From Acidilobaceae archaeon (GTDB lineage Archaea; Thermoproteota; Thermoprotei_A; Sulfolobales; Acidilobaceae), in assembly GCA_038824665.1 (NCBI GenBank), contig JAWBBK010000003.1, positions 32,318 through 96,317 of the forward strand: a stretch of 64,000 nt of DNA, in the 5' to 3' direction. A model generated the notes under the pieces. It made no database searches. It saw only the letters and a list, made by a program, of their open reading frames with translations, and was not told where the DNA came from. This document shows positions 27,267-36,872 of this stretch, piece after piece. Position 1 is the stretch's first letter, and each line of letters opens with the position of its first letter. The translations under genes and the position numbers were made by a program.

Positions 27267-28607
27267 GTGGAGCTGTTTATGGCTAGACGACTTTGGCGCG
27301 TAGCCATAACTATAGCGGGTAGCGATTCAGGCGGCGGAGCAGGCATCCAAGCTGACCTCAAGACCTTTGCAGCTCTAGGCGTTCACGGAACTACAGCGAT
27401 AACCAGCATAACGGCTCAAAACACATATCAAGTCACAGCAGTTCATGATGTGCCTCCAGAAATCGTTTACGAGCAGATCAAAGCAGTGGCTGAAGACATG
27501 GGTATAGACGCTGGCAAGACCGGAATGCTTAGCAACAAGGAGATAATATTGGCTGTAGCTAGAGCTCTAAGCGATTATCCTTTCCCTTTAGTGATAGATC
27601 CTGTCATGGTGGCTAAAAGCGGAGCAAGACTCTTGAGAGAAGACGCTCTAGAAGCTCTGAAGAGAGAACTATTACCCAAAGCGAAAGTGATTACTCCTAA
27701 TAGGTGGGAGGCAGAAATACTAGCTGGGTTTAAGATCGAGACTCTTGAAGACGCTAAGAAAGCAGCAGAAGTAATCGCTGAAGGCTATGGTTGCGAAGCA
27801 GTTGTCGTAAAAGGAGGACATCTGAAGATCGAAGACTCCTCAGACATATTGTACTGGCAAGGACGGCACTACAAAATACCTGGTCCACGTATTGAAGATG
27901 CGTGTACTCACGGTACGGGTTGCTCTTTCTCAGCCGCTATAGCTGCTTACCTAGCTCAAGGACTTGATGTGTATAAAGCCGTAGTTGAAGCCAAGAAGTT
28001 CATTACCGTAGCTATAGATTACGGAGTAAAGGTCGGAAAAGGCTTCTGTCCTGTCAATCCTACAGCCTGGTTGGAGCTACCGGCGCAGAGATATAGAGTT
28101 CTAGAAAACGTTGAGAAAGCATTGAGAAAGATGTTCAACTTAAGAGAGAAGATAATGAAGGTCGCTTCTCAGACAGAGATAGAGGTCTCAGAGAGAATCT
28201 CATCCAGATATGTGAGAGGACTCGAAGATGTAGTGACGGCATCACTGGATCTAGCAAAAGCTCAGGAGTTCGAGATAACGCTGAGATCGAGACCTCGAAC
28301 AGCAGAGTTTCTCATCTATCTCGCTTCTTTAGACCCTGAGCTACAAGCGACAATAACTTTGAGATACAATGAGAAGTTAATAGAAAGAGCTATAGACGAA
28401 GGCTATACGGTAGCCTGTTTGGAGCTTCCGAGAGAGGCTTCAGCTATAGAAATGATAAAAGAGGCGACTAAGAGAGCAGGAGGAAAAGTGCCTGACGTTA
28501 TTTGCGAAGGAGTAGGCTCTGATGCTCTAATCAGACTAACGGCGAGGAGTTCTGTAGAGGCTGTAGAGAAGCTCGAAAGAATCTTGAGAGAAGTCGCTAA
28601 CTCTTAG
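27267..28607 (+). CDS. thiD: HMP/HMP-P kinase ThiD fused to a degenerate ThiN-like domain
   Basis: [34 protein letters not shown]; the C-terminal domain lacks the ThiN GRI and FGASxH motifs. Confidence 0.9.
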   Translation: MELFMARRLWRVAITIAGSDSGGGAGIQADLKTFAALGVHGTTAITSITAQNTYQVTAVHDVPPEIVYEQIKAVAEDMGIDAGKTGMLSNKEIILAVARALSDYPFPLVIDPVMVAKSGARLLREDALEALKRELLPKAKVITPNRWEAEILAGFKIETLEDAKKAAEVIAEGYGCEAVVVKGGHLKIEDSSDILYWQGRHYKIPGPRIEDACTHGTGCSFSAAIAAYLAQGLDVYKAVVEAKKFITVAIDYGVKVGKGFCPVNPTAWLELPAQRYRVLENVEKALRKMFNLREKIMKVASQTEIEVSERISSRYVRGLEDVVTASLDLAKAQEFEITLRSRPRTAEFLIYLASLDPELQATITLRYNEKLIERAIDEGYTVACLELPREASAIEMIKEATKRAGGKVPDVICEGVGSDALIRLTARSSVEAVEKLERILREVANS

Positions 28608-28644
28608 AGTTCCATAAGACCTTTCGTTCTAAGACCTTCTGAGA

Positions 28645-28720
28645 GGGCCCGTAGCTCAGCCAGGACTAGAGCGCCGGGCTTCGGACCCGGAGGTCCCGGG
28701 TTCAAATCCCGGCGGGCCCG
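28645..28720 (+). tRNA. tRNA-Arg(TCG)
   Basis: Acceptor GGGCCCG/CGGGCCC, anticodon arm CCGGG-CT-TCG-GA-CCCGG, GGTTCAAATCC; no intron, CCA not encoded. Confidence 0.95.
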
Positions 28721-28751
28721 CATCTACTTCTTCAAGAAAAGTGTAAGGCCT

Positions 28752-28872
28752 CCAGCCTCGGCTTGAGGGCCCTGCGAGGCCTCGCGGACCTCACGGGGCC
28801 CTCAACGCGGTCGGCTTAACTTCCGGGTTCGATATGAGTCCGGGTGTTGCCCGACCGCTATGGCCGAGCTGG
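28752..28872 (-). rRNA. rrf: 5S rRNA (unlinked)
   Basis: Reverse complement reads CGGCCATAGCGG...ACACCCGGACTCATATCGAACCCGGAAGTTAAGCC...; terminal helix; ends approximate. Confidence 0.95.
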
Positions 28873-28920
28873 AGGCAATTTGATAGTAGTCAGGCTGAGC
28901 TTATATCTGTTGCTTGTTCG

Positions 28921-29490
28921 TTAAAACTGAGAAGCAATTAGCTCAGCTTCTCTTAACCTTCTCAAAATTACGTGACTGTCTTCAAATTCAAGAGCGTCTT
29001 CATAAAGCCTGGTCTTGTCTATCGAAAGCTTTCCTGCTCTAACCATTCTGGATATCTCCTTAAGTCTATTCATATCGCTTGACCTTCCCGCGTTCGCTTT
29101 TAGAGTCAGGTACTCTTCAAGACCTAAAGTTCGGACTTCTACATCTCCGATCCTAATTGACGATGTCCTCTTTTCTAAAAAGCTAGGAGGCACGTAGAAG
29201 TCATGAATGTTATCGTAGAACTCGAACAGAACTTCTTCAATAGAGGTTCTAACTACAAGTCTAGGAGTTCCTAGCCAGGTCTGTCCCAAAACCCATCTTC
29301 TACTTGAGGCAACAGAAGCAAATACTTCCTCATCGTAGATGAGAGGGTTTTGAGAGAACACATCTACATCATCGCCCAGGTCGTTGGAGTTCAGCAGGAG
29401 TTCTACTATGGTTCCACCTATCACTACGAACTCGAAGCCTTCTTCGTAGAGAGCCTTAACGGCTTCAGCGAAAGCTCTTCTTGAAACCAC
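28921..29490 (-). CDS. Nucleotidyltransferase-fold protein (DUF2204-like)
   Basis: FVVIGG, DDVDVF, LKA.AGR..D. Confidence 0.75.
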   Translation of the reverse strand: MVSRRAFAEAVKALYEEGFEFVVIGGTIVELLLNSNDLGDDVDVFSQNPLIYDEEVFASVASSRRWVLGQTWLGTPRLVVRTSIEEVLFEFYDNIHDFYVPPSFLEKRTSSIRIGDVEVRTLGLEEYLTLKANAGRSSDMNRLKEISRMVRAGKLSIDKTRLYEDALEFEDSHVILRRLREAELIASQF

Positions 29491-29563
29491 TGAAAGCCCC
29501 TACGTATCGTTCAGCTCAAACTTTATACGTCTAGATGAACCAGCTCCTCGTCTGGGAGCAACT

Positions 29564-30127
29564 ATGGAATACCTGAGAGTCTTCGTAGCTATCGATATAG
29601 AGGATCCTCTTCTAGTCTCTAGGTTAGAAAGGCTAAAGGACTCGCTTTTGTCGACAGGGGTTGCGATGAAGCCTGTAGAGCCTTACAACTACCACATAAC
29701 GCTTAGATTCATAGGAGAAGTGCCGAAGAGAGTAGTGGATGAGATAGCTAGGTCTTTGAGAACAGTTATCTTTAAGCCATTTAAAGCTGTTCTCAAAGGA
29801 CTCGGAGCGTTTCCTTCTATCGCAAACCCCAGAGTTATATGGGTAGGAGTGAGCGAAGGCGAGAAAGAACTGAAAGAACTTCATGACATCGTAGAACAGG
29901 CGTTAAGAAAAGCGAATATACCTCCTGAGAGAGAAGAGTTTGTAGCTCACATCACGTTGGCCAGAGTTAAGGGGTCTAAGAATATAGGCGGTTTAATCAG
30001 GCTTTTAACGGAACTCTCAGACTACGAGGTAGGCTTGATGGAGGTAAACAGTATAAGGCTTAAGAAGAGCGTGCTTACGAAGAAAGGTCCTATCTATGAA
30101 ACCCTAATTGAGGTCAAAGCGTTATGA
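29564..30127 (+). CDS. thpR: RNA 2',3'-cyclic phosphodiesterase (2H family)
   Basis: Two HIT motifs (HITLRFIG, HITLAR); R.F.AID start. Confidence 0.93.
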   Translation: MEYLRVFVAIDIEDPLLVSRLERLKDSLLSTGVAMKPVEPYNYHITLRFIGEVPKRVVDEIARSLRTVIFKPFKAVLKGLGAFPSIANPRVIWVGVSEGEKELKELHDIVEQALRKANIPPEREEFVAHITLARVKGSKNIGGLIRLLTELSDYEVGLMEVNSIRLKKSVLTKKGPIYETLIEVKAL

Positions 30128-31479
30128 ACTTAGCCAACGAGGTTGAGAAAGAGGTCATAGAATATCTAAGACCGACGCCGTGGCAACTGAAAGCTCTAAG
30201 CGGGCTAGCTGAAATAGTGAGCTTCTCTTTGAGAAAATGCACTGAGGCTAGAGGTCTCAAAACGAAAATCTCAATTGAAGGTAGTTTCGCTAAGGGAACT
30301 CTTCTTTCAGACAAGAAAGAAATAGACGTCTTTGTTCTATTCAACAACGTAACTGACGAGTGGATCGAGAGAGAAAGTCTAGGACTTTTAGAGACGTGTC
30401 TGAAAGGCTTTAAGATCAAGAAGAAGCACGCACAACACCCCTACGTAACTGTAGAGTTCAACGACCTCTCTGCAGACGTAGTCCCCGCTAGACTCGTAGA
30501 GTCTCCCTTGCAAAGCAAGTTAGGCGTCAGCAGAACCCCATTCCATACAGAGTACATAAAGAGCAAGCTAGGTCAAGATCCCTCGTTAGCTGACGAGGTT
30601 AGGCTTCTCAAATCTTTTATGAAGGGAATAGGAGTCTATGGGGCAGAAACCGGAATAGACGGCTTCTCTGGATATCTAGCGGAACTCCTAGTCGTATATT
30701 ACGGAGGGTTTAGGAACGCCTTAAGGGCAGCTACCGAATGGACTCCTCCTGTATATATTGACATTGAGGGCTTTGGAGTCAAAGAGGAGATCGTTAAGAG
30801 ATACAGAGGGTGTCCTATCATAATAGTGGACCCTGTAGACCCTATGCGCAATGCTGCAGCAGCTGTTTCCTTAGAGAAGCTAGCTCTTTTCATACTGGCT
30901 TCGAAGCTCTATCTCAGAGGTCCAGACAAGAAGTTCTTCCACATATTTGCAGAAAGGGTAAAAATAGAGGCTCCGGCTGTCGTGGTCTTTTGTGAAGGCG
31001 ATTTCTCGAATAAAGATGAGGCAGTAGTATTAGGAAAGCTCAAAAGAGCTTCAGACCTAATATTGTCAAATCTAAAAGAGAAAGGCTTTGTTCCTCTTTG
31101 GAGAACTTATGGATATGAGAACGAAAGAGCAGTCATCGCGATAGGTTTAGAGTCTCTCACCATGCCTTTCTTTGAGGTTAGAACAGGACCAATGGCTTGG
31201 GAAAACGAAGAGAGGCTAATCAGCTTTCTCTCAAAGAGATTTGAAGAGAAAGCTCAGGTGTGGCTGGGAAGAGATGGAAGGCTTTATGGGTTACGGACTA
31301 GAGCTTTGAAAAGCGTTTCTCCTTTAGTCGCTCTTCTCAAACCTAAGGTCTCAGAGCTACTGTCAGCTGAGTGTAGCTTGGAGGCCTGCGAGGATTCGTG
31401 GAGATGTCTAAGAGATTCAGGAGTGAGCTTGCGAGCCTTGATAAATTACCCAACACATGCTTGGATGAGGTCAGCATAG
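30124..31479 (+). CDS. cca: Class I CCA-adding enzyme
   Basis: GSFAKGT.L...EIDVF, AQHPYV, RTPFHT, GFSGYLAELLV, DPVDP.RNAAAA. Confidence 0.95.
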   Translation: MNLANEVEKEVIEYLRPTPWQLKALSGLAEIVSFSLRKCTEARGLKTKISIEGSFAKGTLLSDKKEIDVFVLFNNVTDEWIERESLGLLETCLKGFKIKKKHAQHPYVTVEFNDLSADVVPARLVESPLQSKLGVSRTPFHTEYIKSKLGQDPSLADEVRLLKSFMKGIGVYGAETGIDGFSGYLAELLVVYYGGFRNALRAATEWTPPVYIDIEGFGVKEEIVKRYRGCPIIIVDPVDPMRNAAAAVSLEKLALFILASKLYLRGPDKKFFHIFAERVKIEAPAVVVFCEGDFSNKDEAVVLGKLKRASDLILSNLKEKGFVPLWRTYGYENERAVIAIGLESLTMPFFEVRTGPMAWENEERLISFLSKRFEEKAQVWLGRDGRLYGLRTRALKSVSPLVALLKPKVSELLSAECSLEACEDSWRCLRDSGVSLRALINYPTHAWMRSA

Positions 31480-32225
31480 ACAATGTGGAAGTCGTAAAGG
31501 CTCTCTGCTATCCTTTTGAGAAAGGTTCAACTAGAGTTTGTATCGAAAGAGTGGAGAGACTGCTTTCAACAGGCATCGATGTAGTCTGCTCGTGGGGACT
31601 CAGCGAACTTCCAGGCTCACGTCTTCGAGTCTTAGGGAAGGGGCACTCCAGCGTAGTGCTTTCAGCTTTCTCAAACAAGCTAGGCCTCGTAGCTATTAAA
31701 GTTCGCAGGCTGGACAGCAAGCGACAGAGTCTCGTACAAGAAGCTCTACTGCTTCGTGAAGCCTCAATGACAGGCGCTTCTCCTCATGTTTATTATTATG
31801 ACGACGACATGATAGTGATGGACGCAGTACTGGGACCCTCTTTAGAGAAAAGAATTAGAGAGAACGGATTGACTGAGAGAACTCTAGAAGAGGTCTTGGA
31901 TACAGTTAGGGCTCTCGATGTCGCAAAGATCTTACACTTAGAGCTTAGTAGACCGTGGAGAAACTTGGTTTTTACTTGCGAGAGCCCTTGGTGTAAAGCT
32001 CTAGTCATAGACTTAGAGTCGGCCAAGAGAGGTTGTGGTAATCTGCTACTCGTGCTAGGAGGTCTTGCTTCAATAAGCTCTCAGCTTATGTCTATAGTAG
32101 CTGAATTGAGAGATAATCTTAGAGAGTATCTGAAGAGTGAGTGTTCGAAGAAAAAGTACGAAGAGATCAAGAAAGCTATGTTGGAAGTCGTAAAAGGGAA
32201 AAAATTAGATCTCAACCTCAACTAA
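31398..32225 (+). CDS. Ser/Thr protein kinase-like protein (COG2112/RIO-like)
   Basis: LGKGHSS, AIKVRR.DS, H.ELSRP..N, IDLESA; third gene of the thpR-cca-kinase cluster; start uncertain. Confidence 0.8.
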   Translation: MEMSKRFRSELASLDKLPNTCLDEVSIDNVEVVKALCYPFEKGSTRVCIERVERLLSTGIDVVCSWGLSELPGSRLRVLGKGHSSVVLSAFSNKLGLVAIKVRRLDSKRQSLVQEALLLREASMTGASPHVYYYDDDMIVMDAVLGPSLEKRIRENGLTERTLEEVLDTVRALDVAKILHLELSRPWRNLVFTCESPWCKALVIDLESAKRGCGNLLLVLGGLASISSQLMSIVAELRDNLREYLKSECSKKKYEEIKKAMLEVVKGKKLDLNLN

Positions 32226-32591
32226 ATGACGTTTTTGGACGATAGAGTCACCTAAGCCGCTAAGACCTGTCTCTAAGTCTGCAAGGGGCTCTTTGACAGA
32301 CTTTCGAGCGGCTTGCTCTCTAACTACAAGTCTGACTCCACCTACGACTTGGTATAGTTTAGTGAACTTGCTGTGACTCATGAAGTATATACCTTCAGGC
32401 TTATCGCTAAGCTTTCTATTGCAATAAGGACAGGTCTCTCCATCGTGACTGTTTTTCGCTTTAGTTGGAGTTGGAGGTCCGCTGAATTTAGTTTTGTTGT
32501 TTTTATCGCCTATAGCATACCAGCAAGCTATAAATCCACAGTTTTTACATACAATAGCGATTATTCCAACACCTTTTACTCGAAGACCCAA
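32205..32591 (-). CDS. Zn-ribbon protein of unknown function
   Basis: CKNCG...GPPTP...CPYC..L...P; GAGGTGG SD before TTG. Confidence 0.7.
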   Translation of the reverse strand: MGLRVKGVGIIAIVCKNCGFIACWYAIGDKNNKTKFSGPPTPTKAKNSHDGETCPYCNRKLSDKPEGIYFMSHSKFTKLYQVVGGVRLVVREQAARKSVKEPLADLETGLSGLGDSIVQKRHLVEVEI

Positions 32592-32614
32592 AGAAGCTCC
32601 ACCTCAGTTAGCAC

Positions 32615-32641
32615 GGTAATACTCTTGTCACAAGTATTACC
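32615..32641. promoter_or_regulatory. Perfect 9-bp inverted repeat containing two AGTATTA boxes
   Basis: GGTAATACT-cttgtcaca-AGTATTACC, 24-50 nt upstream of the Zn-ribbon gene start. Confidence 0.65.
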
Positions 32642-32872
32642 TAATACCTCATGCTTTTAAGGGTGTCTGCTTAGAGCATTGAGTCGAGCTGGTTAGCGTT
32701 CTCATCTCATTAGGTGTCGCTTTTCCGTGAGCTAGTAAAAGTCTATGTAACTTCTATTATCAAAAATTCTTTGAGGGATCAAGAGGCCACTAAAAGAAAT
32801 ACCTTAAATAAACAAACTACGGATGCCCCATTAAAAATAAAATCTAGCGAAAGATCAAATCTCTTCAAAAGG

Positions 32873-33310
32873 TTACGGACTCAACATAGGCTTTTCCCAG
32901 AGGGGCTTACCTCTAGAAGTAGGAGGAGCCAGCCAGTCGATGACCTCATCTATGTTGTCTCTAACTATGAGTAGCTTGATCGCTCCTAAAGGGGACTCTC
33001 TATCGCTGTCTACAATACTCACTTTACCTACGAAAGCTGCTTGTTTGTGGAAAAGCAGATGAGTACTGTCTTCGCGTTTGTTCTTTTTTAGAACGCTTCT
33101 AACCGTATCGAGGATCTTCTCGACCCTGATGGCTTGATGTAAAGGTAAAAGCGCCTCGAGACTCGAAGACTCACCTATTGCTTTTTCGCCTCGTGGAGAA
33201 GGTATAGTGGTGAACGAAGAAATGTCTACAAGGTTCTTGATCGCCTTAATGACTTTGTCTCTGTTTTCGGTGTATCTAATCTCTGCCTCTACCACAATTC
33301 TCGTAGGCAA
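32873..33310 (-). CDS. RNA-binding protein (DUF54/COG1931 family)
   Basis: TEN..KV.KAI.NL, I.DT.R, HKQAAFVG, ESPLG.I, WLAP.T..GKP. Confidence 0.85.
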   Translation of the reverse strand: MPTRIVVEAEIRYTENRDKVIKAIKNLVDISSFTTIPSPRGEKAIGESSSLEALLPLHQAIRVEKILDTVRSVLKKNKREDSTHLLFHKQAAFVGKVSIVDSDRESPLGAIKLLIVRDNIDEVIDWLAPPTSRGKPLWEKPMLSP

Positions 33311-33854
33311 CGCGGATCTCCTCAGCCACTGCTCTCGAAGCTCGGGCTAAATCTTCAGGCGTCGAATCGTTGACTATCATGTAGTCAGCTAAAGCTAGGA
33401 GGTTCCCTATTCCATAGTTTAAGTTGTACCAGTCTCTCATTTTGAACTCCTCTAAGCTCTTCACGTCTCCAACTCTTCCTCGTTTCAGTAACCTTTCAAA
33501 CCTCAGTCTAGGAGGAGCAAAGACCCCCACTACACAGACTCGACCTAGAGAGCTGAGAACTTTCACTTCTTCAAGACTCCTAACCCCATCTACGACCAGC
33601 CCTTCTGAGCTGAGTCCTCTTCTCTTTACTTCTTCTAGTAACATCTGCGCTACTACAGAAGACCCTCTTTCTCTTCTCAGCTCGATGGCTACGACCTCTA
33701 AGTTCCAAGGAGTCAACTCGAGTCCTCTTCTCTTTACCTCTTCTCTTACTAGGTCCCCCATAGATATTAGAGGGAGCTTCAGATACTCAGCAATTACTTG
33801 AGCTACGAGACTTTTACCACTTCCCGGTAACCCCGTTACAGCTACCACGATCAA
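33276..33854 (-). CDS. P-loop kinase, UPF0200/dephospho-CoA-kinase-like
   Basis: TGLPGSGKS, MGDLVREE, DGVRS..E, RFERL..RGR..D. Confidence 0.85.
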   Translation of the reverse strand: MIVVAVTGLPGSGKSLVAQVIAEYLKLPLISMGDLVREEVKRRGLELTPWNLEVVAIELRRERGSSVVAQMLLEEVKRRGLSSEGLVVDGVRSLEEVKVLSSLGRVCVVGVFAPPRLRFERLLKRGRVGDVKSLEEFKMRDWYNLNYGIGNLLALADYMIVNDSTPEDLARASRAVAEEIRVAYENCGRGRD

Positions 33855-34001
33855 GACGTCTCCCCATGCTCTAATTAGAGACGAGATTTTATCGTCTATC
33901 TAGCTCCCTTCTATCTGTCTCTTCTTTAGCAGACTTCGCATAGTTCTAGCTAAAAAACTGTATGAAGTTTAACGTTTTAAACATCTAGACTTACAGATAA
34001 T

Positions 34002-34697
34002 GTGGTGTTGGTCTTGGCTAGAGTGAAAGTCAAGCTCGTCTCCTGGGACGAGATAGTTGATTGGTCTAGAAGACTCGCTGAGATCATAGAAGCTTCGAAC
34101 TGGAGACCGGACGTAGTTGTAGCTGTAGCTAGAGGAGGCTACGTAGTAGCCAGACTTCTCTGCGACTTCCTCGACGTTACAGACCTTTTGAGCGTCCAAA
34201 GCCAACACTGGACAGAAGCGGCCAGAATGGCGGAGAGAGCCATACTAAAATATCCGTACAAGGTCGATCTAGCTAACAAGAAGGTTCTTCTAGCTGACGA
34301 TATAGTCGACACAGGAGAAAGCTTGCTACTGGCTCGGGATTACATTCAAAAAGAGTGGAGACCTAAGGAACTAAAGATAGGAGTTCTTCAATGGATTAGT
34401 CCGGTGGCTAAGTTCAAGCCCGACTACTATGTGATAGAGGTTACGGAGTGGGTTTGGTTCCAATATCCATGGACGAGACTTGAAGACGTGAGTCAATTCA
34501 TAACCAGAATCTTCAGAGAGGACGAAAGAATTAAGAACAGAGAGGTATCGGAAGATGAACTCAAAGAACTCTTCATAGAGTGGTATGGCATTCATCCCAG
34601 CGAAATAGGGAAGTACTGGGAGCTAGCTCTGAAAAAACTCTCGTCCAAAGGCGTTCTAAGCAAGACTGAAAAAGGATATCGTCTAGTAGCTCGCTGA
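34002..34697 (+). CDS. Type I (purine) phosphoribosyltransferase
   Basis: AVARGG, VLLADDIVDTGES, W..YPW. Confidence 0.9.
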   Translation: MVLVLARVKVKLVSWDEIVDWSRRLAEIIEASNWRPDVVVAVARGGYVVARLLCDFLDVTDLLSVQSQHWTEAARMAERAILKYPYKVDLANKKVLLADDIVDTGESLLLARDYIQKEWRPKELKIGVLQWISPVAKFKPDYYVIEVTEWVWFQYPWTRLEDVSQFITRIFREDERIKNREVSEDELKELFIEWYGIHPSEIGKYWELALKKLSSKGVLSKTEKGYRLVAR

Positions 34698-34740
34698 AGA
34701 CCAATCTCTAAAAACCTGTGGCAACCTAAAATCACTTGGT

Positions 34741-34831
34741 GCCGGGGTGGCCGAGCGGACCAAGGCGGCGGGCTCGAGACCCGTTGCCCCTTCGGGGGGG
34801 CGCGCGGGTTCGAATCCCGCCCCCGGCGCCA
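34741..34831 (+). tRNA. tRNA-Ser(CGA)
   Basis: GCCGGGG acceptor, GCGGG-CT-CGA-GA-CCCGT, long variable arm, GGTTCGAATCC, encoded CCA. Confidence 0.95.
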
Positions 34832-34854
34832 CAGCTTCTACTGCTTTCATTTAG

Positions 34855-35802
34855 TCACACTTTGCCAAAGGCCTCGAGACTCTTAGGAGGTCGAAGGGCT
34901 ATAGCTAAAGCTCCATATAGTACAGCGTTATCTCCAAATCCAGAGACTTCGAGAGACGGTAGGCTCAAAGAGAGATACTCTTTAAGCCTCTCTGCTATAG
35001 GGCGCAACATTAAGTCTTGGTTATTCAAAACCACTCCTCCTCCTAAGACCACTACCTCAGGGTCGTAAGCAGCTATGGCACTAGCCAACCCTGCTGAGTG
35101 AACTCTATTCATCTCATTAACCAGGCTAATGGCAAACTGATCGCCGTTTCTCGCTAAAGAGTAGAGCAACGGTGCATCAAGACTTCCTGTCTTAGCTAAT
35201 TGTAGAGCTCTTGTCTCTTTTCCTTTCCACTTCAAAGCTTTAATCCTAGCTACTTTGGGCACGTTAGCTCCTCCAGCTAAAGCCTCCCAATGTCCTCTTC
35301 CTCCACATCCACAAACTACTTCGCTTGTGTGATCGACCACCATGTGACCTATTTCGTGTGCGTTTCCGCTCTTGCCTAAGAGAAGATTACCGTCAACCAC
35401 CACTCCTCCTCCTATCCCTGAGCTTATAGTAACGTATAGCAAGTTCGAGACTCCTCTTCTCGATAGCACGTATTCACCCCAAGCAGCAGCAACACAGTCG
35501 TTGATAACGATCACAGGAACTTTATACACTTCGACTAGAGGGTCTCTAAGAGCAAAAGATCCGATGGGATTGTTTGGAGTATTGACAACCCAACCTCTCT
35601 TCAGGTCAAGAGGTCCGATAGAAGCTACACTCACTATGTCGACAGGCTCGTCTGGAGGAGCTAAATCAACTATAGCTTTCGCTACCGCTAGGTGTCCTCC
35701 CTCTCTAGGTGTCCTCATCTCTCTCTTCCATATCATCTTTTCGTCTTGAAAGAACGCTACTCTGAGCCTTGTAGCGCCTATGTCTACAGCTAGCACTCTC
35801 AC
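34855..35802 (-). CDS. glk: ROK-family glucokinase
   Basis: AVDIGAT, NDCVAAAWGE, SSGIGGG, HEIGH, CGCGG.GHWE. Confidence 0.9.
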   Translation of the reverse strand: MRVLAVDIGATRLRVAFFQDEKMIWKREMRTPREGGHLAVAKAIVDLAPPDEPVDIVSVASIGPLDLKRGWVVNTPNNPIGSFALRDPLVEVYKVPVIVINDCVAAAWGEYVLSRRGVSNLLYVTISSGIGGGVVVDGNLLLGKSGNAHEIGHMVVDHTSEVVCGCGGRGHWEALAGGANVPKVARIKALKWKGKETRALQLAKTGSLDAPLLYSLARNGDQFAISLVNEMNRVHSAGLASAIAAYDPEVVVLGGGVVLNNQDLMLRPIAERLKEYLSLSLPSLEVSGFGDNAVLYGALAIALRPPKSLEAFGKV

Positions 35803-35875
35803 TAAAGGGTCCTAGTTCTCATACTTAAGTCGAGAGCTTAAAGAACGAGGTAGAGCTTTAGACCACCGAATAGGC

Positions 35876-36463
35876 TTGTGTCTACGGCGAATAGAAGTGC
35901 TAGCCTTTAAAAATGTTGAAGAGGTTTATCTCGCTATCGTTAAGAAATTGAAGATCAGACCAAATCACTTGACTCTACTCGGTCTTTGCTTAGCCTTGGC
36001 TACTCCTCTAGCGGCTTATGCAAACAACGCAATTATAGTGGCTGTACTCATAGTGCTCTCTTCGCTGGCTGACGCTCTTGACGGATATACGGCGAGAGTT
36101 TTGAAAGCGACCAGCAAATGGGGCGCGTTTCTCGATTCGACTGCTGACAGAGTAGCTGACTCTATGTTTGTGCTTAGCTTCATGCTCTTAGGGCTTAGTC
36201 CCACAATATGCTACTTGTTGCTTACTTTTTCTCTCCTAGTATCCTACACAAGAGCAAGAGGAGAAGCTCTGGGTACAACTTTCAAAGGAGTCGGTATAAT
36301 AGAAAGACAAGAGAGAGCAGTGCTGTTCATACTGATAGCGTTCCTCATCGCTTATGACAAACAGGTCGCAGAAATAGGAGCGATCGTAACCTTAGCTTTT
36401 ACCGTAATCACAGTGATCCAAAGAGTTCTCCATGCTAAGAAGAGGCTGACAGAAGTTGAGTGA
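35876..36463 (+). CDS. CDP-alcohol phosphatidyltransferase (archaetidylinositol-phosphate synthase-like)
   Basis: PN.LT, DALDG..AR....S.WGAFLDS..DR..D, SY.RARGE, ER.ER. Confidence 0.9.
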   Translation: MCLRRIEVLAFKNVEEVYLAIVKKLKIRPNHLTLLGLCLALATPLAAYANNAIIVAVLIVLSSLADALDGYTARVLKATSKWGAFLDSTADRVADSMFVLSFMLLGLSPTICYLLLTFSLLVSYTRARGEALGTTFKGVGIIERQERAVLFILIAFLIAYDKQVAEIGAIVTLAFTVITVIQRVLHAKKRLTEVE

Positions 36464-36788
36464 AAAACATGGTTTTATCTTATGCGTTGAAGAAACTCTA
36501 AGCATAGCTCTCAAACCGTTTGATTATAGAGTGCATGGACATGACGTCTCTATAGAAGCGTGTTGGTGTGTTGGCGATAAGAGAGTAGATATAGAGGAGT
36601 TGGCTTCCTTGCTTTCAAAGGTCCTTAAGGAGATAGACCGAAGACCTCTATGGGAGGTTTTAGAAACAGAGAGCGCCACCATTGAGGACCTCTTGCTTTA
36701 CTTAAAAAACAAGATAGAACGAGAACGCCCAGGACTCTGTGCTCTAAAGGCTAGCTGGAGAAGAAGGTCTATAGCTCTCGCTTTGTAG
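36456..36788 (+). CDS. Reduced QueD/6-pyruvoyl-tetrahydropterin synthase-like T-fold protein
   Basis: RVHGHD motif and ATIE (TxE) motif; short. Confidence 0.55.
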   Translation: MSEKHGFILCVEETLSIALKPFDYRVHGHDVSIEACWCVGDKRVDIEELASLLSKVLKEIDRRPLWEVLETESATIEDLLLYLKNKIERERPGLCALKASWRRRSIALAL

Positions 36789-36872
36789 ATCAGGCTTCGT
36801 AAAACCCTTTAAGGTCTGCAGAGCAGGATTGAGATGAGGTAAGTAAGTGGTTCGTTATTTTGGTGAAGGTCA

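Noticed and set aside
32373-32974. 95-aa and 86-aa + strand ORFs
   Set aside because: They are antisense to real genes or span the AT-rich promoter region; no SD or motifs.
34736-35068. 110-aa ORF on + strand
   Set aside because: It is a read-through of tRNA-Ser and antisense to the glucokinase gene.
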